Part shown: piece after piece, positions 56,637-64,000 of the stretch
Layout: each line of letters begins with the position of its first letter
Position numbering within the stretch: position 1 is the stretch's first letter
NCBI GenBank assembly: GCA_018831195.1
Contig: JAHJDP010000004.1
Location: forward strand, 53,776-117,775
Source of the DNA: Candidatus Eiseniibacteriota bacterium
GTDB taxonomy: Bacteria; Eisenbacteria; RBG-16-71-46; CAIMUX01; JAHJDP01
Direction: 5' to 3'
Length of the DNA stretch: 64,000 nt
The notes under the pieces: generated by a model
Told to the model about the DNA's origin: nothing
Databases searched by the model: none
What the model saw: only the letters and a program-made list of their open reading frames with translations
Position numbers and translations under genes: made by a program

Positions 56637-58319
56637 ATGATAAAGCGACTCCTTGCCTATTCTATCCCCATCGGGATTTGTCTCATTGGGGGCTTTCACA
56701 TTGTCCAATCATTCCGGCAACCGATGAAACAGGATCTATTGCCCGTATCCCCCCCGGGTGTGAAGGGGCGTCTTGTTGTCTCGCTCTATGGAGGTCCCCT
56801 CCTGCAGGACGAGCCCCCGCACACTCCCATAGTCCATCCCGCACGCCATCGCACCACTTGGGTCAACGGAACCGGTTATCAGGGGATGGAGGATAATGAT
56901 CTCAGAGGATTCCTGGATGGAAGATTTCGTTATGGTTGGAATCAACCGGGTCAGATCCATGTCCGGGCCGGCCGCCGGGATCGCTCGCCGAGATACGGCG
57001 AATATGAGTTGTTCCGGATTTTACAGCGCTGGGAGAAGATCGAGCTTCCTCCCGGTGCCGATATCCTGGAAGCCCGGATCTGTTTAACTCTGGAGAATAA
57101 TCCCTTCCGCCCAACGCGTGTGCTGCTTTATGACGTCCGAAAGGATTGGAACCCTGGAACAGGAGGAACGCTCTACGACAATGTCAGTCCGCCGAAACCG
57201 GGTGAGGTTTGGTGGAATGATAACTCCTGGCCTGATCAGCCTTGGGGGCTGCCCGGCGCCGGGTATGCCTCCGATAGCGATCCCCAGGCCGATACGGGCG
57301 GGATGCCTCTCGCCGAAGCGATCCTGCAACCGGGCGATTCCTTGTTATCCTTTTCTTCTTCCCGTCTCGCCTCTTATATCGAGCGGGAACTCAATGAGGC
57401 GCGCCCCCTTCTTTTCCTCATCAAACTCGATGACTATGCGGAAGATCTCCCCGGTTCGATGATATATTTCTATTCAGGGAATCATGGCGATCAGCGGAAT
57501 GTGAGGCGGCGCCCGTATCTTATATTGGAGTGGGAGTCATCCTGCGAAATCTCCACGATTGAGAAGGAAATTCACCTCGAGTATGGAAGGCGCACCCTGT
57601 TGGATGGATTCCCACAGGGGCCGGCGGAATGGATTGCGGCCACTTTCATCCCTGAAATCGGTTTTATCCCGCCTGTCTTGGAGATGGGATCCGCTGTTCG
57701 GGATCAGCGGGCTGAATGGTGTGTCCTGTCCCATCCGACCCGCCGCCCGTCGTCACCGGAAGTCCTGCGGCTCACCGCCGCCGTCGATCCGGTTCCTCTC
57801 GGAACCGGTTTTCGTTCCGAATTGAGGGATACCTGGATTCTGACGGCGCCGCCTGAAGAACAGGAAGTTCTCTGGACCTTTGTCTCCCCTCAGGGTGAGA
57901 AACACAGGATCAAGGCGGAATATCAGGGCGATCATTGTTGGATGGTTGAGTTTTTGCCGGATGAATTGGGCCCCTGGTCATATCACTGGACTCAGCAATT
58001 CGCCGAAGTTCCCTACCTCAGTGAGGAGGGGCGTTTTGATGTGATCGCCGGGGATTCCGCCGGGATCCGCGCCGCACTGGAGAGGTTGGCGCATGAGATA
58101 GCCGGTCTTGAGCTTGAGAGTGATGCGGTCAAGAGAGATGAATATATGATTCGCTTCATGCGGCTGGAGCGGGCCGCCCTGCAAATGGAAACCGCCGGAT
58201 CTTTCCGGGGTGAATCGGGCCGGTCGCTACTGGAAATACTCAATAGTGTCAGAGCGCAATGGGGTGAGGCGGCTCCCGACTCGATTCCAATGAAGGCCAA
58301 TGCCCCCATAGAGTATTAG
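56637..58319 (+). CDS. Hypothetical secreted/membrane-anchored 560-aa protein
   Basis: N-terminal hydrophobic segment MIKRLLAYSIPIGICLIGGF. No recognisable catalytic motif. RBS AAGAAGAGA. Confidence 0.5.
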   Translation: MIKRLLAYSIPIGICLIGGFHIVQSFRQPMKQDLLPVSPPGVKGRLVVSLYGGPLLQDEPPHTPIVHPARHRTTWVNGTGYQGMEDNDLRGFLDGRFRYGWNQPGQIHVRAGRRDRSPRYGEYELFRILQRWEKIELPPGADILEARICLTLENNPFRPTRVLLYDVRKDWNPGTGGTLYDNVSPPKPGEVWWNDNSWPDQPWGLPGAGYASDSDPQADTGGMPLAEAILQPGDSLLSFSSSRLASYIERELNEARPLLFLIKLDDYAEDLPGSMIYFYSGNHGDQRNVRRRPYLILEWESSCEISTIEKEIHLEYGRRTLLDGFPQGPAEWIAATFIPEIGFIPPVLEMGSAVRDQRAEWCVLSHPTRRPSSPEVLRLTAAVDPVPLGTGFRSELRDTWILTAPPEEQEVLWTFVSPQGEKHRIKAEYQGDHCWMVEFLPDELGPWSYHWTQQFAEVPYLSEEGRFDVIAGDSAGIRAALERLAHEIAGLELESDAVKRDEYMIRFMRLERAALQMETAGSFRGESGRSLLEILNSVRAQWGEAAPDSIPMKANAPIEY

Positions 58320-58339
58320 GCGGCGTCAAACTCGTTCAC

Positions 58340-59227
58340 CTAATTGGCGGATGGCGATAAAGCGGCCCTTGCCGTTGGATTCTCCGGCCAGATCATGAGC
58401 GCCTGGTTTAGATATTTGTCCGCCAGGGAGTTCTCCCCGAGTTTTCTATAGATAATACCGAGTTGTGTGCAGGTCTCGGAGATGCCGCGATCCACCCGCT
58501 GCAGCTGCGTTATGATCTCGAGATCGAAGGGTTCGAGATCATCTGTTACGACCCCCCTATCGAGATGTTCTTGCGCCGCCTGGATGGCTTCGGGAAACCG
58601 CTTATGCGTCGTCAGGCAGCGGCGCAGCATATAACGATAGGATGTACAGGGATCCAATTGAATCTGCAGTCTTTTCTGGAAGGATTCCCGGGCTTTATCA
58701 AGAAGGTTCTGCTGAAGATAAATGGCACCCAGTTTCCCATAGACGCGGTCCTGCCCTACGCTCGTATCGATCGCTTTGTTATAGTTCTGAATCGCTTCTT
58801 CGAACTTCCCCTGCTTTTCCAGGATTTCGCCAAGATTGTAGGCGATGATTCCGGGTCGCTCCGTGCCCGATTCAAGAGCATCAAGTAGGATCTTTTCGCC
58901 ATAGGCCGGCTGTCCCGTGCGTCCATAGGCGATGGCAAGATTGACCGAGGCCCCCGTAAAATCAGGACGGATGTCGAGAACATATTTATACAATTCGATG
59001 GCTTCTCGGGGGTTTCCGCGGCGGAAGATGGCATCGGCCCGGTTCTTCACGTTATTGGTTTCGACCTCCTTGCCGATGCCCGAAAGCTTACGGAGCCAGA
59101 GGGGATCCGTCGCGGCGATGACACCGAAGGCTATGAAAAACAGCCAGAGTGCGAGGAGGCCGCAGGTGACGATCACCCTGGTGCGGGAAATCTCCTGTAC
59201 TTGCCGGTTGTCATTATTTTGAGTCAT
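58340..59227 (-). CDS. TPR-repeat protein with N-terminal TM anchor
   Basis: TM helix VIVTCGLLALWLFFIAFGVIAA, followed by multiple 34-aa TPR-like repeats. Confidence 0.65.
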   Translation of the reverse strand: MTQNNDNRQVQEISRTRVIVTCGLLALWLFFIAFGVIAATDPLWLRKLSGIGKEVETNNVKNRADAIFRRGNPREAIELYKYVLDIRPDFTGASVNLAIAYGRTGQPAYGEKILLDALESGTERPGIIAYNLGEILEKQGKFEEAIQNYNKAIDTSVGQDRVYGKLGAIYLQQNLLDKARESFQKRLQIQLDPCTSYRYMLRRCLTTHKRFPEAIQAAQEHLDRGVVTDDLEPFDLEIITQLQRVDRGISETCTQLGIIYRKLGENSLADKYLNQALMIWPENPTARAALSPSAN

Positions 59228-59231
59228 GACT

Positions 59232-60566
59232 TTAACAGGTCGTATGAAGAACGAAGAGGACGTTCTTCCCTTGTTGTTTTAACCGGTTGAAAAGAAGGCA
59301 GGCATCCTGGCTCTTGAGAATGATGACCTGTGTTCCCTTCAAGGAATAGCGGTTGAAGATGAACTGACTGGGCGTCTGCTGAGGAAATCCCTTGCCACCG
59401 AGGCCGTGGTGCCCCGAGCCGATGAGAATAATATCGGCATGCCGTCTTAGGAGATAGGCTTGATCCCTGTCTCTGAAGAAATGCTTTTTGTCGGCCGGCC
59501 GGACGGTGCCGTTCGGGAAGACAATGATATCAAAGAAGGGTATCGGGATCCCCTTGTACACGGTCATTCCGTATTTGTGATAAACAATGTTGTCGTTCTT
59601 GAACTTAAAAAATGAATACCCCTGAATGAGAACCGCGGCGGTCAATAGAATGAGCAGGACCCATTTAATAGGGCGGAATTGGCTGAGATGAAAGATGAGG
59701 AAAAATACGATATAGGAGCCGATGGTGATGGCCACAATAGACTTCCAATAGGGCGCGTCGGTCAGCAGCGACGAGACGTAAAGAAAAATATAGGACAAGA
59801 CAAAATCCAGAATCAGCACGCTTGCCGGAGATTTTATGTAGCCGCCAAGTTTCGGGTGCCGGACGCTTTTCCAATCGCGCTTTATATCTTTCCACTTCTG
59901 CGAGCCTATGTAGAGAATAATCAATCCCATCAAGGCGCCCCAGACATCTTTTGATATGTCGCCCATATCAAAAACCCGCCCGCTCATGAATAATTGAAAT
60001 ATCTCGTCAAAAGTGGAGAAGCAGAAGGCGAAGAGCGATGTCATCCAGATCAGTTTCGCGAAAGGCACCTCGCGGGGTTTGAGATCGCGATACATCATGA
60101 AGGCGAAGGTCATGTAGGCGAAGTAGTGCCAATTCTGCTGCAGCTCATAAAAGGCGTGATCATAGTAGACGTCACAGATCAACTGCCCCATTGCGATCAT
60201 GATGATGGGTACGGTCGCGGCGATGAGGCCCTTGAGCGTCACACTCTTTATAAACCGGATGACGGCGGCCAGCAGAAGGATGCCGGCGACGAGCGGGACG
60301 ATGGGGATTGAAATTCCGGCGATCGCTATCGTCGCGAGAGAGATTTTTTCGAGCGCTGATTGGAGATAATTCCGCACCATGATGAAAGGTGTCGCCACCA
60401 GGAGGAAACTGAACAGTATGAGATGAAGACGGGTGGAATAAAGAAGGGGAGGTCCCAGGGGTATCCTTTGCGACGTTTTTATTGTTTTAGACATTCCCGC
60501 CAACCAGCCCTCTGAGGACTCCCAAAGAGAATCCCTCAATATATGATCTTGCGGCTTTTTCTCCAA
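59232..60566 (-). CDS. VanZ-like membrane domain fused to a C-terminal Mth938-like (DUF498) domain
   Basis: VanZ-like FDEIFQLFMSGRVFDMGDISKDVWGALMG. C-terminus ILIGSGHHGLGGKGF resembles the Mth938-like domain. Markedly lower GC than its neighbours. Confidence 0.5.
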   Translation of the reverse strand: MEKKPQDHILRDSLWESSEGWLAGMSKTIKTSQRIPLGPPLLYSTRLHLILFSFLLVATPFIMVRNYLQSALEKISLATIAIAGISIPIVPLVAGILLLAAVIRFIKSVTLKGLIAATVPIIMIAMGQLICDVYYDHAFYELQQNWHYFAYMTFAFMMYRDLKPREVPFAKLIWMTSLFAFCFSTFDEIFQLFMSGRVFDMGDISKDVWGALMGLIILYIGSQKWKDIKRDWKSVRHPKLGGYIKSPASVLILDFVLSYIFLYVSSLLTDAPYWKSIVAITIGSYIVFFLIFHLSQFRPIKWVLLILLTAAVLIQGYSFFKFKNDNIVYHKYGMTVYKGIPIPFFDIIVFPNGTVRPADKKHFFRDRDQAYLLRRHADIILIGSGHHGLGGKGFPQQTPSQFIFNRYSLKGTQVIILKSQDACLLFNRLKQQGKNVLFVLHTTC

Positions 60567-60662
60567 AGTTGGATTTTAACCTGAATCGAGGCCGTTGCAA
60601 AGGGTATTCTAGCCGCCCACCGGCCCGGCGTCCCCGGGAACATCTTCACCCATGCCGGATAT

Positions 60663-61682
60663 TCACCTGTACGAGTCCTCATCCACGTCAAGCAGACTTA
60701 GAAGGATCTCCTCATCGGTTACGACCAGGTCTGGTGCAAACTGATCCGCCATTATGGGGATCTCGAATTTCAGGGGAGGGATCGGTTCGTATGGAGATGA
60801 ATGGAACGATGGACCTGATGGCCATCGCGAGATCTCCACCGCGATTGTAAAACCGCCTATCTGTTGAGGGCTTTGGGCCTCATAGAGAGCCAGTGTTTGA
60901 GAACCGGCGGGTATTCCATTACCACAGAAATAGAGCGATCTAAGTTCGTAATTATAGCGCCAGGGAAGAATTATCATCAGCTTCGATCCGGGTGAGGCTC
61001 CACCGATGAGTTCCAAAACTCCGAAATCACGGGTCAGGGTGACAACGGTCGGTTGGGCCGGCGGCCGGCCTTTAGGGTGCGCCGGCGGCCGCGTCGGGGA
61101 TTGATTCCGGGAGCGCGCCGGAGCCCTGTTAAATGTGATATATCGTCTGAGTTGATTGTCGAGGGTGTTTATTTGAAGCAAGGGGGCCCTGGTTTCAAAG
61201 AGCGCCTCGCCCGTCGATAGGCTGAAATAGGTCTCTGTGATGACATTGCTGCAATGTCCCCCATCCCGGATTCTATACATATCCCGATAGGGTTCTCCTT
61301 CAAAACCATACGCAGTGTATTTATAAAGAGGTTGATCAGACAGAGCCGCGCCAAGGGGCCAGGCTTGTACAGTAATCTTTGAGAGCTGCGGATCCGGTGG
61401 GGCGCCATATTTTATCTCGAGGCTCTGCTGGAGTATCAATTTTGTATCATCTTTGTCTCCTGAAAACACCATCTGGAATGTCTCATTGATGATGTGGATC
61501 CCATTAAATACCGCCTCGTGAGGAGAAGAATCGTATGTCTCAGACCATTGTTCAATGCTTGACCGGGCCTCCCAAATGTTAGCTGATAACGGGGTGAAAG
61601 AATCGTCATCGGGAGATTCTCCCGCCGCCGGGCCCTGAAGCATGAGAAATAGTACGAGCAGATTCATCCTTTTGCATATCAT
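60663..61682 (-). CDS. Hypothetical secreted protein
   Basis: Signal peptide MICKRMNLLVLFLMLQGPAAG. GGGAGG RBS. No recognisable domain. Confidence 0.5.
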   Translation of the reverse strand: MICKRMNLLVLFLMLQGPAAGESPDDDSFTPLSANIWEARSSIEQWSETYDSSPHEAVFNGIHIINETFQMVFSGDKDDTKLILQQSLEIKYGAPPDPQLSKITVQAWPLGAALSDQPLYKYTAYGFEGEPYRDMYRIRDGGHCSNVITETYFSLSTGEALFETRAPLLQINTLDNQLRRYITFNRAPARSRNQSPTRPPAHPKGRPPAQPTVVTLTRDFGVLELIGGASPGSKLMIILPWRYNYELRSLYFCGNGIPAGSQTLALYEAQSPQQIGGFTIAVEISRWPSGPSFHSSPYEPIPPLKFEIPIMADQFAPDLVVTDEEILLSLLDVDEDSYR

Positions 61683-61826
61683 AACCGGCCGCCTCCCATC
61701 TGCGTTTACCCAGCTTGTTCTTTCCCATTGTCGAAAGATTGAGAGGTTAAGCGCCGGCGGGGCGGAGGGCCCGGCGGCCCGTAACGCCCCATCAACGAAC
61801 CGCCGTCCGCCCGCCGGCACCGTCAT

Positions 61827-62810
61827 CTAATTCCCGGTTCCCGCCGTTAATGTTGAATCGGCGCTCGATCCCGGAATACTCGAAGGTTCTTCCGCCGCCA
61901 GCAAGGCGCCGACCCTGGCCAGGCCGAGACCGGCGGTGGGGTGCCCGCCGCCCAAGGCGCGGGAGTAGGCTTCGCGCGCATCCGACAGGTCACCCATGCG
62001 TTCCAGAGCGACTCCCAGATTGTTAAAGGTGTAGGAAGGGGGTTCAACACCCATGGCCGCCGCAGCGACCACCGCCTCATCCAGATAGGTCCTGGCCTTC
62101 AGAAAATCCTCACGAAGGATCCAGATATAACCAATATTGTTTAAGGCATGGAAGTTGCCCGGGTCTTTCTCGATAGCTGTCTGGAAGGCGCGCAGAGCCT
62201 CCTCCGACCGCTGAAGCGACAACAGCGCGCGCCCACGGACATTCCATGCGCCGCTGTTTTCCGGATCGATCCTTGAGGCTTCTTCCGCGTGGGGCAGGGC
62301 TTCACGCTCCCTGCCGAGGGCCAGGAGGGCCCGGGCCAGGTTGGCGCGGACCTTGGCTTGCACGGCCGGCCGGCCGTGGAAGGTATTTAACAATTTCGAG
62401 AGGATCGGCCGCGCCCCTTCCGCATCACCGGCCTGAAGTTGTTCAATCGCCGCCGCGTAGCGCTCACTGTCGGACAAGGGGGGTTCCACCACCGTTGATG
62501 CGGTGAGGGCCGCTGTCTCCACCACTGTCTCCACAGGCTCTTCTGCCGGCGTCTCTTCGAGTGTCTCTGCCGGTGTCGCCTCCGGCGCCTCGCTTAGGTC
62601 GCGGGCATCCCCGGGAATGGGTGTCGTTTCAATGGGGGGTATGACATTGACCTCCGGGATGACGTGTGTCGCTGTCGCAAAACCGGTGGCTTCAGCGGCG
62701 ATTTGTTCGCCGGCTTCGTTGTCCGGCAGCTCCGGCCGGAAGAGAAAGAATGTCACCACCAGCGCGGCGATAATCATCAGGCTCGTTCCACAGACTCTCT
62801 TGACGGACAT
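61827..62810 (-). CDS. TPR-repeat protein with N-terminal TM anchor and Pro/Glu/Thr-rich linker
   Basis: TM helix LMIIAALVVTFFLF. TPR-like repeats in the C-terminal two-thirds. Confidence 0.6.
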   Translation of the reverse strand: MSVKRVCGTSLMIIAALVVTFFLFRPELPDNEAGEQIAAEATGFATATHVIPEVNVIPPIETTPIPGDARDLSEAPEATPAETLEETPAEEPVETVVETAALTASTVVEPPLSDSERYAAAIEQLQAGDAEGARPILSKLLNTFHGRPAVQAKVRANLARALLALGREREALPHAEEASRIDPENSGAWNVRGRALLSLQRSEEALRAFQTAIEKDPGNFHALNNIGYIWILREDFLKARTYLDEAVVAAAAMGVEPPSYTFNNLGVALERMGDLSDAREAYSRALGGGHPTAGLGLARVGALLAAEEPSSIPGSSADSTLTAGTGN

Positions 62811-63022
62811 GATAAACCTCCTTTCAGGATCCCCTTTGCCGCCTTCCGGCGGGACGAATGGTGTTGCGTACGCCGATATAGAAAGGCAAGGAGTGTTCCA
62901 AAAAGTCGGAATTTCGAAACGGGTTCCGGTGGAAGGGGTTAGAGGTTTGCTACTATTTGCCGCCGGAGGCGTTGTTGATGGAGGTCCACTCTTATAGCCA
63001 CATCATGTGGTTTTGAGTCCAC

Positions 63023-64000
63023 TCAATGTGGACGAATGATATCGTACTGGCGGATTTTGCGATGAAGATGACTGCGGTCCAGGCCCAACCGGGCCGCGGC
63101 GCGGGCGACATTCCACGATTCAGCATCGAGGATATTTTGTAAAAGCTGCTTCTCCCAAAGAGCAAAGTGTTCCTTATATGTTTGGGCGGCTGTTGGCGAC
63201 TCCTCCGGACGGCTATCGGAGAAGGGTCCCGCCATCGCGGCGGATTTCCGGACAAGAAGCGAGGAATTTTCCGGTTCGATCATCGGGTTTTGTGCCTGAA
63301 GACGTTCGACGGCGGCCCGATCCACCGGCCCGTCCGCTTCGAGTATAAAGATCCGTTCGATGAGATTGCGAAGTTCGCGCACATTCCCCGGCCAGGAATA
63401 GGAAAGGAGCGCCGCCTCGGCCTCAGAAGTCAATGTATGCCGGCCGAGCCCGTGCAGGACGGTAAACTGGCTGATGTAGTGCCGGGTGAGGGCGAGGATA
63501 TCTTCCTGTCTTTCGCGGAGCGGGGGGATGCGGATAACCAGCACCGCGAGCCGGTGGTAGAGATCAAGACGGAAACGCCCCGACTCGACTTCATGAGCCA
63601 GATCTCTATGGGTAGCGCTGAGAAAACGAACATTGACCGGAACGGCTGCGGTCCCGCCCAGCGGCTCCACCATTCCCGATTCCAGAACCCGCAGAAGTTT
63701 TGCCTGCAGGGATTCCGGCATATCACCGATCTCGTCGAGGAAGAGGGTCCCGCCGTGGGCCGATTGAAAACGGCCGATCCGGCGGGTCATCGCGCCGGTG
63801 AAGGCCCCTTTCTCATGACCAAAGAGTTCGGATTCCAGAAGATCCTGAGGAATCGCCGCCGCATTCACCGCGACGAAGGGTCCCTCTTTGCGCGGGGAAT
63901 GTTCGTGCAGGAAATGGGCGAGCCGTTCCTTGCCGGTGCCGCTTTCGCCGGTGAGCAGAACCGGGGTCTCCGTGCGCGCCGCCCGGGTGATCTCCTCGAG
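63023..64000 (-). CDS. Sigma-54-dependent transcriptional activator (NtrC-family); 5' part lies beyond the window
   Basis: The in-frame reverse translation continues to the window edge (VLLTGESGTGKE Walker A at 63940-63975). GAFTGA loop, ESELFGHEKGAFTGA. C-terminal Fis-type HTH AARLGLDRSHLHRKIRQ. Confidence 0.85.
   Translation of the reverse strand, partial: LEEITRAARTETPVLLTGESGTGKERLAHFLHEHSPRKEGPFVAVNAAAIPQDLLESELFGHEKGAFTGAMTRRIGRFQSAHGGTLFLDEIGDMPESLQAKLLRVLESGMVEPLGGTAAVPVNVRFLSATHRDLAHEVESGRFRLDLYHRLAVLVIRIPPLRERQEDILALTRHYISQFTVLHGLGRHTLTSEAEAALLSYSWPGNVRELRNLIERIFILEADGPVDRAAVERLQAQNPMIEPENSSLLVRKSAAMAGPFSDSRPEESPTAAQTYKEHFALWEKQLLQNILDAESWNVARAAARLGLDRSHLHRKIRQYDIIRPH

Noticed and set aside
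1-64000. CRISPR arrays, tRNA/rRNA genes, transposases, integrases and phage genes
   Set aside because: There are no regularly spaced direct repeats and no transposase, integrase or capsid-like ORFs. Intergenic regions are mostly under 150 nt, and the few longer ones (11698-12060, 28413-28735, 49410-49799) lack tRNA-like cloverleaf signatures on inspection. This is absence on visual inspection only.

Overview
This is a 64-kb, GC-rich (about 60%) stretch of bacterial chromosome carrying roughly 50 protein-coding genes. I found no rRNA, tRNA, CRISPR array or mobile-element gene.

Recognisable housekeeping genes are acnA, rpoZ, degP/htrA, speA and asnB, plus a translationally coupled gntR–SPFH–lutABC lactate-utilisation operon and a partial sigma-54 activator at the 3' edge.

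The accessory content is dominated by five large secreted proteins. Each ends in the same conserved C-terminal sorting domain of about 70 aa (T9SS type-A / FlgD-Ig-like, ...IYD..GRRVR.L......WDG.......SG.YF.R.). One of them sits immediately upstream of a PorP/SprF-like outer-membrane beta-barrel gene. This points to an uncultivated lineage related to the Fibrobacteres–Chlorobi–Bacteroidetes group that uses a type IX-like secretion route.

The most striking observations are:
- a roughly 1,695-aa fibronectin-III adhesin/hydrolase-like gene split by a single in-frame TAG, although TAG is a normal stop elsewhere in the window;
- a frameshifted cargo gene whose signal peptide and sorting domain lie in different frames;
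- a 1,070-aa protein with tandem GEVED-motif modules containing near-identical nucleotide repeats;
- two compositionally distinct (lower-GC) envelope-glycosylation clusters (carbamoyltransferase, two polyprenyl-phosphate GT2 enzymes and a GT-C ArnT/PMT-like enzyme; and AsnB, flippase-like protein, FAD oxidoreductase and a GH140-like lipoprotein);
- a consensus sigma70 promoter with a perfect palindromic operator in front of the gntR–lut operon.

All calls rest on reading the translated ORFs and the DNA by eye, with no database searches. Start codons were chosen by RBS inspection and may be off by a few codons.
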